In this document: piece by piece, positions 10,062 to 19,905 of the stretch | How positions within the stretch are numbered: position 1 is the stretch's first letter | Layout of the letters: the number at the start of each line of letters is the position of its first letter | Source: an uncultured Erysipelotrichaceae bacterium | GTDB taxonomy: Bacteria > Bacillota_I > Bacilli_A > Erysipelotrichales > Erysipelotrichaceae | Direction: 5' to 3' | NCBI GenBank assembly: GCA_964449115.1 | Contig: CAYUXW010000006.1 | Coordinates: 1,927-65,926, forward strand | Length of the DNA stretch: 64,000 nucleotides | Notes under the pieces: model-generated | What the model saw: the letters and a program-made list of their open reading frames with translations, nothing else | What the model was told of the DNA's origin: nothing | Database searches by the model: none | Position numbers and translations under genes: made by a program

Positions 10062-10841
10062 TTATGGTATAAAATTAATCCATTTATCTTCAGCAATTTC
10101 TGGATTGGAAACAAATAAAAACCTGTCGGGATTTTCTTCAAACTGCCTGTAAATGGACTTTTCTTTTTCGATATTGAATTCTTTATATTCCCTAGGTGAT
10201 TTAACTACTAATTCACTAAAGCCATAATTCTCATTTTTAATAAAAGTAATGCTGCTATCTTCATTTACTATTGGAAAATATGCCAAACCTTTATAGGCCC
10301 TGACATCTTCATAATCAAAACCATAATCACGAACACACCAGGCCCCAAATGTCAGCCTCTTTTTTATATTGGCAACGATAGTAGCATGCGCCCAATATGG
10401 AGGAACAATTACTACATCTCCAACATTAGCTAAAACAGCAAAACAGCGCCCTGGATTAACAGCTACTTTTTCCTGCATTAAGATATAAGCTGATCCTGAC
10501 CATATTTCGTAAACTTCGCAGGTTGATGAATTGCAAGATGATGAAACAGCATGGATGTGTCCCTGTGATCTTACTGGTTCATTTCCCAGTTTTCCCTTTT
10601 CATAGGTTACCACACCATATAATAAATTTCTATCAACTATTTTTTCTTTATCTTTGATGTTTCCAACATCCATCGCAATGCTATAAACAATTTCTGGTCC
10701 TTCACAATCAGGATCCTGTAAACTTTTTCTGATTGCATCTAATGTTCTATTTTCAACTTCAGGGCCAAAGCAATCTTTTCCATAACTAAAACCCAGTGGA
10801 GCAAATAGTGGTTTGATATTTAAGCCGGAATCAAATCTCAT
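10062..10841 (-). CDS. Cupin-type glucose-6-phosphate isomerase family protein
   Basis: About 259 aa. GHIH...EVYEIWSG...PPYWAH is a cupin metal-site pattern like archaeal-type PGI. The ATG at 10841 has better RBS spacing than the one at 10847. Confidence 0.65.
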   Translation of the reverse strand: MRFDSGLNIKPLFAPLGFSYGKDCFGPEVENRTLDAIRKSLQDPDCEGPEIVYSIAMDVGNIKDKEKIVDRNLLYGVVTYEKGKLGNEPVRSQGHIHAVSSSCNSSTCEVYEIWSGSAYILMQEKVAVNPGRCFAVLANVGDVVIVPPYWAHATIVANIKKRLTFGAWCVRDYGFDYEDVRAYKGLAYFPIVNEDSSITFIKNENYGFSELVVKSPREYKEFNIEKEKSIYRQFEENPDRFLFVSNPEIAEDKWINFIP

Positions 10842-10865
10842 AAACATCCCTCTGCAGTTAAAAAA

Positions 10866-11780
10866 TTAACTAAATGAAATCGTTTTTAAAAACTCTCCAT
10901 TACCTGTAATCCTATAGGTTCCATAATTGGCTGGAACAAGAAAAGTATCACCTTTTTTATAATCAAGGTTTTCAATCATTCCTTCTCCATCTAGGAAGTT
11001 AATGATTTGATAATCTCCGTTAGTGTTAAAAACTAATTCATCAGTTCCCTTATGATGTTCTACTTCAAAATATTCACATGAACATATCACACCATTAGTG
11101 CTTTGTTTTCTGTCACGATTATCTATAACACTAGGAATTGTCTTAACTACATCCATGGCTTTATCAATATGCAGCTCTCGCAAATTACCAAACTTATCGC
11201 GTCGATTAAAGTCATACAATCGATAGGTCAGGTTTGAGTTTTGCTGAATTTCACATATTACATTTCCTGCTCCAATAGCATGTATCGTTCCAGCTTCAAT
11301 CAGAAAATAATCACCTTTTTTTGTTTCAACCTTATTTAATACTTCAAGAATTGTATTGTTTTCAATTCTTTCTCTTAATTCTTCAGTGGTTACTTCTCTG
11401 TTAACTCCATAATAAATATATGAGCCTTCCAAGTTTTCCATTATATACCACATCTCTGTTTTTCCTATATCCTGCTCGACAATCATGGCATATTCATCAT
11501 CAGGATGTACCTGAATACTTAATGATGATCTGGCATCAATAAATTTAACCATAATGTTCAAGTCCGCTTTACTCCCTAAGACTTTACTATTATTTTTCAA
11601 ATATTCTTTTAAATTGATTCCTTTGTGCTTTCCGCTATCCACCACTGAAACACCATCCTGATGAACTGACAGTTCCCAAGACTCCGCCATGATATCATCG
11701 CTGAACTTTCCATATTCTTTTAAGCGCATTCCTCCCCACGGATAGTTTTTTGTTACACCTTTTAACTTAATTATTTCCAT
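10866..11780 (-). CDS. manA: Mannose-6-phosphate isomerase, class I
   Basis: 304 aa with NYPWGG, QVHPDD, TEMWYI and EAGTIHA motifs. Confidence 0.85.
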   Translation of the reverse strand: MEIIKLKGVTKNYPWGGMRLKEYGKFSDDIMAESWELSVHQDGVSVVDSGKHKGINLKEYLKNNSKVLGSKADLNIMVKFIDARSSLSIQVHPDDEYAMIVEQDIGKTEMWYIMENLEGSYIYYGVNREVTTEELRERIENNTILEVLNKVETKKGDYFLIEAGTIHAIGAGNVICEIQQNSNLTYRLYDFNRRDKFGNLRELHIDKAMDVVKTIPSVIDNRDRKQSTNGVICSCEYFEVEHHKGTDELVFNTNGDYQIINFLDGEGMIENLDYKKGDTFLVPANYGTYRITGNGEFLKTISFS

Positions 11781-11882
11781 AATAAACTTCCTATTCTATT
11801 TTTCTTTTTTTATACACTATTATTATAAGCCTAATTATTCTTGTTTCAATCTCAAATCCATTTTATCTTGTTTGATGAATTT

Positions 11883-11907
11883 AAAAAATGCTCTAAAAAG
11901 AGCATTT
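11883..11907 (-). terminator. Rho-independent terminator downstream of the PTS-nanE-ycxB unit
   Basis: aaatgctct-loop-agagcattt stem, followed by T6 on the minus strand. Confidence 0.65.
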
Positions 11908-11933
11908 ACATTATGTCTTTATAAAAATACTAT

Positions 11934-12455
11934 TTAATCGGAAACAGCCAAACCTTCAGCAATCTTTTCATAAATAAATTTTATCAGCTCAGTCTGCTGG
12001 TCTTGCTCTCCTATTGCTTTATTAGGAATAACAAAAGTCTGGCTTCCACCATAAAATATGATCAGAATGTGCTTTAATGGAATAATATTCTCAACATCTT
12101 TATATTCAACAGTTTTTCCATCAACTATAATATTGTTTTCTTTAAAGTCGACTGTTACCTTCTCAAATTCTTTAATATTCATTTTCTTGACAAAATTGAT
12201 GTTGATACTGCGGAACAAAAAGGCTTTCCATATTTTGTCACTTAAAAACAAAAACCACAGCAACCCAAAAGCTAACGCTATTACAACATATAGTATATTG
12301 GTATAAAGTTTAAAAAATGTAAATGAGAATAATAGCAGTAAAGGAACAATGACTCTTAACCACCATCCAGTATTTCTATTCTTTTTTGAATTTGAAATCA
12401 TGAAACGTAAATATTCCAAATAATCTTCTTCTGCCAGTTTAAAAACAATTTTCAT
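11934..12455 (-). CDS. YcxB-like membrane protein
   Basis: 173 aa with two central TM helices and an overall layout like YcxB-family proteins. Confidence 0.5.
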   Translation of the reverse strand: MKIVFKLAEEDYLEYLRFMISNSKKNRNTGWWLRVIVPLLLLFSFTFFKLYTNILYVVIALAFGLLWFLFLSDKIWKAFLFRSININFVKKMNIKEFEKVTVDFKENNIIVDGKTVEYKDVENIIPLKHILIIFYGGSQTFVIPNKAIGEQDQQTELIKFIYEKIAEGLAVSD

Positions 12456-12486
12456 AAAAGTACATCCTTTAAAAAGAGAGGGGTTA

Positions 12487-13185
12487 TCAACCCCTGACCT
12501 CTTTATTTTTTTCGATAAAACGTTTCGTAATCAGATGTGGTCTGCTGATTGCTGAACCGATACAGATCATATCAGCACCAGCTTCAATCAAATCATCGAT
12601 ATCTTTAATTTCCCACACATTTCCTTCAGCGTTGACTGGTAATTTACAATGTTTTTTAATTTCTCTTATCAGTTCAACATCTGGACCATCTAAATGTTTA
12701 AACACACCAGATAATGTGGTAGCTAAAATATCAACCATTCCAGTTTCCTCGGCATAAATGCATTCTTCAAGTGTTGCACAGTCTGCCATAATAGCGATAT
12801 CTGGATATTTTTCTTTGATTGATTTTAATAAGTCGTATAATTCTTCTTTACCACGACAATCACGAATTGTACAATCGAGCGCTAAAATATCACAACCAGC
12901 CTCGATAACTTCAGAAGCAGCTTCCAGGGTTGGTGTAATAATGACGTAATTTTCATCCTCGCGGCTAGGATCAATTACCTTATTTAAACCTACAATTGGA
13001 AAATCACCTAATTCACGAATGGCACGAATATCCTGTGGCCAACAGGCACGAATAGCTTCAGCACCACCCATCAGGACACTTGCAGCCATTATTTTCATAT
13101 TGTCTGCTCCATATAATGGAGTGTCTTCATAAGCTTGACAAGAGATGATCAATTTTCCAATTAAATTCTTAACTACCTCTTTCAT
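12487..13185 (-). CDS. nanE: N-acetylmannosamine-6-phosphate 2-epimerase
   Basis: 232 aa. LIISCQA...PL...IALDCT...ADCAT pattern is typical of NanE. Stop is TGA followed immediately by TAA. Confidence 0.85.
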   Translation of the reverse strand: MKEVVKNLIGKLIISCQAYEDTPLYGADNMKIMAASVLMGGAEAIRACWPQDIRAIRELGDFPIVGLNKVIDPSREDENYVIITPTLEAASEVIEAGCDILALDCTIRDCRGKEELYDLLKSIKEKYPDIAIMADCATLEECIYAEETGMVDILATTLSGVFKHLDGPDVELIREIKKHCKLPVNAEGNVWEIKDIDDLIEAGADMICIGSAISRPHLITKRFIEKNKEVRG

Positions 13186-13191
13186 TTGATT

Positions 13192-14016
13192 TTAAGGTGC
13201 CAAGAATCCTGTGAAGTAACCTACTATAGCAACAACCAGATACAACATGATAACTTTCATTGCACCCCAGTTTTTCTTAGCCATTAACCAGTAAGTAAGC
13301 ATTGCGGTAACAAAGACAGGAAGTTTTGGCCATACACCATTGAGCAGAGCATTTAAGTCAACCAAAGTAACACCATCTCTGACAAATTTGAATCCAATAT
13401 TTACATTAGCATAAGCACAAGCGATACATCCTACTACAATTAAACCTACAGTGTTTAATGCTGTGATAATATCATCCTTTAAGTCATTTCCTAAGATTAG
13501 TTCTGCAGCATTAGCTCCCAGTTCACAGCCCTTCTTGAATAAGAACCATGTAACAGGAATCATCACACCAAGGAAGACAACCATATAGAAAATTGCGCCT
13601 ATTGGAGAACCATCCTGTGTTAATCCACAAGCAATAGCTAATAAGATAGGAATAAATGTGCCTGGTAATAAAGCATCACCAATACCTGCAAATGGACCCA
13701 TCAATGCTGATTTAATAGCTGTGATTAATTCATCTGGTACATCTGCACCAGTAGCTTTTTCAGCTTCCATACCTAATACGATACCAGGAATGATACATCC
13801 TAAAAAAGGTTCAGTATTGAAGAATGGAAGATGTCTTGCCATTAATTCCTGTTGTTTTTCTTTATCACCCGGATATAAATCTTCACGTAATAAACCAAAC
13901 ATTCTGACTAATGCGGGAGCCTGCATTGTTTCTGGCTGGTATAATGCCAGGTTAAAACACATCCAGTTGATATAAGCGTTCTTAATCATTTTATTTGTTA
14001 ATTTAGTTTCAGCCAT
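13192..14016 (-). CDS. PTS mannose/fructose/sorbose family transporter subunit IID
   Basis: 274 aa with FNTEP...G motif and a membrane C-terminal half. Confidence 0.9.
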   Translation of the reverse strand: MAETKLTNKMIKNAYINWMCFNLALYQPETMQAPALVRMFGLLREDLYPGDKEKQQELMARHLPFFNTEPFLGCIIPGIVLGMEAEKATGADVPDELITAIKSALMGPFAGIGDALLPGTFIPILLAIACGLTQDGSPIGAIFYMVVFLGVMIPVTWFLFKKGCELGANAAELILGNDLKDDIITALNTVGLIVVGCIACAYANVNIGFKFVRDGVTLVDLNALLNGVWPKLPVFVTAMLTYWLMAKKNWGAMKVIMLYLVVAIVGYFTGFLAP

Positions 14017-14789
14017 TATACTGCACCACCTTTCTTAGCAGCTCTGCCAATTTGGAACTGGAGTAGAGCAATTACCAGCGCAAACACTAATACAGTAATC
14101 ATATCAGCACCCAGTGCACCAACAAGAGCAAAACCAAATGTAAAGTAAATTAAATCTGTTGGCTTCTTGACCATCAGTTTTAACAGGATAGCAAACCCAA
14201 CTAAGCACATTGGATTTCCGAAAATTGTCATAATATCGATTAACCACTGTGGTGAATTCTGAACAATCCATTCAATACCTGCCTGTCCAAAATAGATAGA
14301 AACAAAAGTAGGAATGAAACGGAATAAGAATTTAACACCATTACCCCAAATAGGAACCCAGACAGCTTCTTCCAGCTTTCCTTCCTCAACCATTTTCTTT
14401 TGGATGTTGACAGGAATCATAGTCATTGCAAAGTTAGGAGTAGCCATGATGTTGGCAACGTTAGCAACTACTAATGATAATGCCACAGTAGATGCAGCAT
14501 CCATATTAGCAGCAACACCTAACGGCAATGCTACATAGGTAGCCAGGTTCATATCCGGTGTGATAGAGCCACCAGGAGTAATTAACCCAATAAATATTAA
14601 TTGGATATAAAGTCCAAGCTCCATTGCCTTAGGAATATTACCGAGAATGATACCGATAAATAAGGCAGATACTAGTGGACGTCCAATACAATACCAACCA
14701 ACTAATCCCCCTCCTAAAAATGGAGTGTGAATAAAGGTCAGGTATCCTAGTAACGCAATTAAAATTGCTTGAATTAAAGAAATTTGCAT
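14016..14789 (-). CDS. PTS mannose/fructose/sorbose family transporter subunit IIC
   Basis: 257 aa polytopic membrane protein with a typical ManY-like sequence. Start/stop overlaps with IID. Confidence 0.9.
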   Translation of the reverse strand: MQISLIQAILIALLGYLTFIHTPFLGGGLVGWYCIGRPLVSALFIGIILGNIPKAMELGLYIQLIFIGLITPGGSITPDMNLATYVALPLGVAANMDAASTVALSLVVANVANIMATPNFAMTMIPVNIQKKMVEEGKLEEAVWVPIWGNGVKFLFRFIPTFVSIYFGQAGIEWIVQNSPQWLIDIMTIFGNPMCLVGFAILLKLMVKKPTDLIYFTFGFALVGALGADMITVLVFALVIALLQFQIGRAAKKGGAV

Positions 14790-14816
14790 TCTAGAACATA
14801 TCTCCTTTCTATTAAA

Positions 14817-15311
14817 TTATGCAAGTTTATTTTTTACATCTTTCCAATCCAGACGCTGCATGCCTGGAACTGCCTGGAAATAAACTTCAACACCGCGTTC
14901 TTCAGCCAATTCTTTAAGAGCCTGTATTTCTTCTTCTGAAACATAGCAACCATCCATAACGGTTTTACAGCCAGGTCTCATCTGACATGGTCCAACCATG
15001 ATATGTTTTGGTAAATCAGGTATCTTATCGAATAGAACTTTTGCGGTTGTCGGGAAACGGAATACAACCATTGTAGATACATTATCAACTATTGCTGCCT
15101 TAATAGGCTCAATACTATTCTCGTGAGTATAAACATTAATCGTCATCCCCGGCATAGCAGCCTTCTCAAAAACCATCTTTAAAATAGAGTTGGTTGCTGT
15201 CATGTCATCAACTACGATTATGCGACTCAACTTGAAATGTTGAACCAGGCGAACCATACATTGACCATGAATTAAACGGTCATCGTTTCTAACTAGTGAA
15301 ATCAAATTCAT
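14817..15311 (-). CDS. PTS mannose-family subunit IIB
   Basis: 164 aa. RNDDRLIHGQ contains the phosphorylatable His of PTS_IIB_sorb domains. Confidence 0.9.
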   Translation of the reverse strand: MNLISLVRNDDRLIHGQCMVRLVQHFKLSRIIVVDDMTATNSILKMVFEKAAMPGMTINVYTHENSIEPIKAAIVDNVSTMVVFRFPTTAKVLFDKIPDLPKHIMVGPCQMRPGCKTVMDGCYVSEEEIQALKELAEERGVEVYFQAVPGMQRLDWKDVKNKLA

Positions 15312-15449
15312 CTCTCCTTTCCTGCAATAGCAACTTCACAAAACTAGAAATTTCTCACTTTTCAGCCGCGTTTCAAAGTGATACTTAATTATTTAATTAT
15401 TCTTCAAGAATATATATGATAACCCCATTTTACATCTTATCGGACAATT

Positions 15450-15463
15450 TGTAAACGATTCCA
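15450..15463. promoter_or_regulatory. Candidate catabolite-responsive element (cre) upstream of PTS operon 1
   Basis: TGTAAACGATTCCA versus consensus TGWAANCGNTNWCA, one mismatch. Lies about 140 nt upstream of the IIB start. Confidence 0.3.
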
Positions 15464-15552
15464 AAATTTTGTTTCTGCTTTTTTTTCACAAATAGAATAA
15501 TTTCTATTATTTTGTTTATGTATTATTTATTTAAAAATTTTAATGAATCAAC

Positions 15553-15603
15553 AAAAAAGATTAGAATCTTTTAGCTGACTTTGTCAACTGATTCTAATCT
15601 TTT
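15553..15603 (-). terminator. Rho-independent terminator after the GntR gene
   Basis: 11-bp perfect stem agattagaatc/gattctaatct, with a T-run on the minus strand. Confidence 0.7.
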
Positions 15604-15611
15604 AACTGCTT

Positions 15612-16322
15612 TTATTTTCTGGTTATTTCTACTGTAACCGAATACCAATCCTTATTGAAGTATGTTCGACAGTATTCTATAATTTCATACTTGTTATCAT
15701 AAGCCACTCTTTTGACATGAAAGGCTGGGTATCCCTTTTTTACCTTTAAATGCTGACAGATGTTGGCATCATTTACCTCTTTTACAGAATATGTTTCAGT
15801 TACAGTTTCAACATTTATCATATTGTTTTCCAAAGTTTCATAAAAGGACCTGGTCTTTTTTACTTCCTCTAACTCATCCAGAGAAATCAAGGTCGAAGAA
15901 ATATATGAGATATGATAAGCTACTGGCTGATTATTCGCTAATCTAACTCTTTTCAGACAATAAATAGGTGTGGCAGGATCAATGTTTAGAATTTTCGCAA
16001 TTTCATTATCTAAAATTTCATCAATCCCATCTAAAACCATTCCAGTCTCATAGCCCTGCTCTTTAAGTTCTTCAGAAAAGGAAATAGAGCTCAGGTTTCT
16101 GATGTATGGTTTTTTAGTCACAAATGTGCCAAGTCCCTGAACTCCATACAGATAACCTTCATTGATTAAATCAGTAAAAGCTTTTCTGACCGTGATAGTT
16201 GAAACATCATATTTTTTCTTTAATTTTGATTCACTGTCAACTTTATCTCCTGGTTTCAAGATACCTTCTTTAATGTCTTTAATAATGTCGTTTTTTATTA
16301 TTTGAAACTTGCTGATTGTCAT
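15612..16322 (-). CDS. GntR family transcriptional regulator (HutC/UTRA type)
   Basis: 236 aa from the ATG at 16322, preceded by GGGGGA. N-terminal winged HTH (SESKLKKKYDVSTITVRKAF) plus a UTRA-like C-terminal domain. Confidence 0.85.
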   Translation of the reverse strand: MTISKFQIIKNDIIKDIKEGILKPGDKVDSESKLKKKYDVSTITVRKAFTDLINEGYLYGVQGLGTFVTKKPYIRNLSSISFSEELKEQGYETGMVLDGIDEILDNEIAKILNIDPATPIYCLKRVRLANNQPVAYHISYISSTLISLDELEEVKKTRSFYETLENNMINVETVTETYSVKEVNDANICQHLKVKKGYPAFHVKRVAYDNKYEIIEYCRTYFNKDWYSVTVEITRK

Positions 16323-16351
16323 ATGCTTTTCCCCCATCCACTACATTATAG

Positions 16352-17035
16352 CTAAAAATCACGCAATTTTTCAGGGGCTTTTTCACAAAGCTCAACTATT
16401 TGTTGATAATTTGTTTTTTCCACCAGTGGTTTTGCCAAATGTAAATACTTTACAACATCTTTCTGCTCTTTTTTATAATAGGCAATTTTGGCAAGTCTGA
16501 AATAGGTAATCCCCTTTTGAATACCTTTCTGTCGATTTGCCAGCTGTAATAATTCATTTTTTAAAGAAACATCCTTATCAATATAGAGTCTAAAGATTCT
16601 ATCAGCTTCCTCTTTTATTTCCTTATATTTTGTCTGATTATTGCCTTCCAGGATTTTATTGATAGCATCTAAAGCCTGTTTTGATTTCTTTTTATTATCA
16701 GCTTTCGCAAAATAGGATAATTTCTTCAGATTGAAGTCTAACAATTCACCCTTGTTCAGATGCAGATCTTCAACTTTTTCAAATTGCTTTTCAATGATTT
16801 CTGCATCATCAAGCATCATATAGCCATCTAAAATAAGGTTCTCTATTGTTCCCTTAGGATAAAGAATCTTTAATAGCTTATTGTTATTTAAAACGGTGAG
16901 ATAAGTTTTTACATCATTATTAACATATAAAATTTCTTCCAGTTTTAAAGTTGTTTCTCTTCTAAGTCTAGTAAGTTGCAATATGATAAAAATAATGATA
17001 ATGCCTATCAGCAGGATAAATAATTTATTTTCCAT
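16352..17035 (-). CDS. Hypothetical N-terminally anchored helical-repeat (TPR-like) protein
   Basis: 227 aa with a single N-terminal TM helix followed by all-helical repeat-like sequence. Confidence 0.45.
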   Translation of the reverse strand: MENKLFILLIGIIIIFIILQLTRLRRETTLKLEEILYVNNDVKTYLTVLNNNKLLKILYPKGTIENLILDGYMMLDDAEIIEKQFEKVEDLHLNKGELLDFNLKKLSYFAKADNKKKSKQALDAINKILEGNNQTKYKEIKEEADRIFRLYIDKDVSLKNELLQLANRQKGIQKGITYFRLAKIAYYKKEQKDVVKYLHLAKPLVEKTNYQQIVELCEKAPEKLRDF

Positions 17036-17070
17036 AATTAAATAAAAGGACCTTTACAGGCCCTTTTTCA

Positions 17071-17931
17071 TTAAGCGTAAAATCCAGTAGCGTATCCTAA
17101 ACCGGTTAATACAACTGCCAATACCAGAATCAAGACCATCAGTTTTAATGGAGACCATTTTTTCTTGGTGTATAGATAATAAACAACCAGAGTCAAGCCT
17201 AATGGTAAGATCTTAGGGAAAATTCCATTTAACATATTGTCAGCATTGAAAATTACAACACCTTCAATAATTGTTCCAGATACACTGTCATATAAATCTC
17301 TAACAATTTGAACTGGTAAGGTCATTGAAACGAAATTAGCTGTTAATGCTCCTGTTACAAGTAGACCTAAAACACCCATAGCATCAGTCAATTTATCTAA
17401 TTTGCCTGAAGCCATCATTGATGACATACCTTCTAAACCAGATTTATATCCCAGTTTGAATAACCACCAGCTGAGGGCACAGGTTCCAAGTGGATAAATA
17501 GCCATATAGAGAACTGGTCCCAGCCAAGCTACTGATGATTGTGATACTGATAAACAGATTGTCAATAAAATAGGAATTGCTGTTGCTACCCATAAAGAGT
17601 CGCCAATTGCACTGGTAGGGCCAATTAAAGCAACCTTGACTGAACTGATAACTTCTGGTGTACATTCTCCGTTAGCATTAGCTTCTTCTAAAGCACAGAC
17701 AATACCATTACAGATTGAACCAACCTGTGATTCAGTATTGAATAAGGTAATGTGTCTTAATAAACCTTCAGCTTTTTCTTCTTTTGTGTCATACAATTCA
17801 TCAATAACTGGAGCCATTGCCTGACCAAAAGCCATACCTAACATTGATTCAGCCTGCTGAGAACAGCCATTCCAGAAGAACCAGTTAAAGAATGATTTCT
17901 TTAAAGTCTTTTCACTAATTTTCTTTGCCAT
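17071..17931 (-). CDS. PTS mannose-family subunit IID (second system)
   Basis: 286 aa from the ATG at 17931, preceded by AAGGAGGC. FNTE motif and a ManZ-like sequence. Confidence 0.9.
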   Translation of the reverse strand: MAKKISEKTLKKSFFNWFFWNGCSQQAESMLGMAFGQAMAPVIDELYDTKEEKAEGLLRHITLFNTESQVGSICNGIVCALEEANANGECTPEVISSVKVALIGPTSAIGDSLWVATAIPILLTICLSVSQSSVAWLGPVLYMAIYPLGTCALSWWLFKLGYKSGLEGMSSMMASGKLDKLTDAMGVLGLLVTGALTANFVSMTLPVQIVRDLYDSVSGTIIEGVVIFNADNMLNGIFPKILPLGLTLVVYYLYTKKKWSPLKLMVLILVLAVVLTGLGYATGFYA

Positions 17932-17932
17932 A

Positions 17933-18706
17933 TTAAGCCTCCTTTGTAACTGCAGCAAAGTATAATACTGCCACAATTACCGCAATAACTGCTACTGGCA
18001 TCATTCCTAAACCGAAATATGTAACCAGTACAAATCCTAACAGGAAGATTGCCCAATGGTAGGCCTTCTTAACCAGGAAAGATAAGATGATACCCATACC
18101 CAATGAAGCCATCATTCCACCGAATACTGATAATGCTGTTGAAACCCAGCCTGGAATTAAACTAGCAAAATCAGCTTGACCACTTGCTGCATTCATTGTT
18201 GTTAAAACAATAACTGCAGGAATGAAACGACATGCAAATCCGATTAACTGACCACCAATAACGTTAGCAACATGCATTTTATCAGTAGCACCTTCAGATG
18301 CATATTTGTAAGCGATACGGTTTAAAGGTAAGTTTAAAGCATATGAGATATTCCACATCATACCACCAACTAATCCACCAATACCAGCAAACAAGACAGC
18401 CAAACCAATTAATTCAGTTGTTGGTAAACCTTTACCAAACATGATTGCTCCAGCTGTACCAATGTAGGTAGCATAAGATAAATCCCAAGCTACCGCTCCT
18501 CCAGGAGTAACATTACCCATATACATGATCTGTAATGGGATGCCGACAACCATTGCAGTTTGTACATCACCGAGGATGACACCTACAACAAATGCAGCGA
18601 CAAGTGGACGACCTAAACAGTACCATCCAATTGTATTGCCTACAATTGAGCCAATAGCCCCAAGGTAGACGAACAGTGCAACTAGCACTATTTGTAAAAA
18701 TGACAT
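17933..18706 (-). CDS. PTS mannose-family subunit IIC (second system)
   Basis: 257 aa polytopic ManY-like protein. Confidence 0.9.
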   Translation of the reverse strand: MSFLQIVLVALFVYLGAIGSIVGNTIGWYCLGRPLVAAFVVGVILGDVQTAMVVGIPLQIMYMGNVTPGGAVAWDLSYATYIGTAGAIMFGKGLPTTELIGLAVLFAGIGGLVGGMMWNISYALNLPLNRIAYKYASEGATDKMHVANVIGGQLIGFACRFIPAVIVLTTMNAASGQADFASLIPGWVSTALSVFGGMMASLGMGIILSFLVKKAYHWAIFLLGFVLVTYFGLGMMPVAVIAVIVAVLYFAAVTKEA

Positions 18707-18723
18707 ATATTGTCCCTCCTAAT

Positions 18724-19212
18724 TTATATTGATTTTCTAAATGACTCCCACTGCACAGCATTTGTATTTGGTAACTGTTGGAAAATCACATTAAATCCTT
18801 CGTTAAACAGTTCAGAAAGTTCTTCAACATCCTGATCTGATAAGTAGAAGATGCCTGTTGCCCCAGTCAATTGATGCACTGTATCTTCTCTTTTGGCCAT
18901 ATTGCCCAGAATTATCATTTCACATTCTTTGATGTGCTCTTTCAGCTGATAGACATGATGTGGAAACTTCACAATAAGTAGACGATTGTTTTCACTATCC
19001 TGGCTGACAAGCTGTTTGGCTTTTTCCAAAGTTACAACATCAATGTCATAACTTTTTGGCACTGACATCGTGACAATAGTTTTCAGCATTGGATTTTTAG
19101 CTGTAAAATCATCAACGCCAATAATTTCCTTAATTGATAAAGTTGGACACCAGGCAACTATTGTCTGACCATGAATCAGTCTATCATCAACACGAATATA
19201 TAACTTATCCAT
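18724..19212 (-). CDS. PTS mannose-family subunit IIB (second system)
   Basis: 162 aa with RVDDRLIHGQ. Confidence 0.9.
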   Translation of the reverse strand: MDKLYIRVDDRLIHGQTIVAWCPTLSIKEIIGVDDFTAKNPMLKTIVTMSVPKSYDIDVVTLEKAKQLVSQDSENNRLLIVKFPHHVYQLKEHIKECEMIILGNMAKREDTVHQLTGATGIFYLSDQDVEELSELFNEGFNVIFQQLPNTNAVQWESFRKSI

Positions 19213-19221
19213 AAACTTCTC

Positions 19222-19905
19222 CTAAAATAATTTGTTTTCAATCAAACTGGCATACATATAGCAGACCGTTGGACCAGCTGATCCTGATTCTATTTGTCTG
19301 ATTTGTAGATTTGTTGGATAGTACTTCAAATAAGGGAAATCATTGACCCCACCCTTAAATACGGTATAGCACTTTAAAGCCTCAAACCATTGCTCTACTT
19401 CCTCTGGTTTTAAAACAAAATAAGCCTGAGGAATAAATCCAACCAAATCTTCAAAAGTTTCACCATAAACTAATTTGATATTTGACCCTTTTCTTCTTAA
19501 TCTTTTAACAGCTTCAAAGACAGCATCATGAGTGTTGATATGTCTGGGATGCATACTGCCACGCCAATGAGTAATTACCAGATCAACTTTTTCATCAACA
19601 AAGTATTTCTCTAATCTGCTTGAAAACTCATCTAATGTTGGCATATTAGAACTAACATAACCTAGCCACAAACAATCAGCCCCTAATTTTTCAGCTGCTT
19701 TAGCATTTTGATCCAATACATTTTTCAAATAAGCATCACACTCTTCTTTTGTCGCATTAGGATCTTCTAGTCTACCTTGAGTAACATGTAACAAAGTACA
19801 CTTGGCATTATTTTCTTTAACATACTTGATAATTAATGGTCCACCCATTAATTCAGCATCTAAAGAATGTGCTCCAATAGATACAACTCTTTTTATCCCA
19901 CACAT
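19222..19905 (-). CDS. PIG-L/LmbE family deacetylase
   Basis: 227 aa. VSIGAHSLD...H..H pattern is typical of the LmbE-like N-acetylglucosaminyl deacetylase fold. Confidence 0.75.
   Translation of the reverse strand: MCGIKRVVSIGAHSLDAELMGGPLIIKYVKENNAKCTLLHVTQGRLEDPNATKEECDAYLKNVLDQNAKAAEKLGADCLWLGYVSSNMPTLDEFSSRLEKYFVDEKVDLVITHWRGSMHPRHINTHDAVFEAVKRLRRKGSNIKLVYGETFEDLVGFIPQAYFVLKPEEVEQWFEALKCYTVFKGGVNDFPYLKYYPTNLQIRQIESGSAGPTVCYMYASLIENKLF

Noticed and set aside
10022-10141. N-terminal 40-codon extension of the long PMI-like ORF overlapping the upstream PGI-like gene
   Set aside because: An internal ATG at 10021 is preceded by a consensus AAGGAGG at ideal spacing. The extension overlaps the 3' end of the upstream gene and looks non-proteinaceous.
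17047-17072. Hairpin downstream of PTS IID (second system) as a strong terminator
   Set aside because: The stem (aaaagg.cc/gg.cctttt) contains a mismatch and is short. It may attenuate transcription, but I cannot support it as a definite terminator, so I did not list it as a feature.
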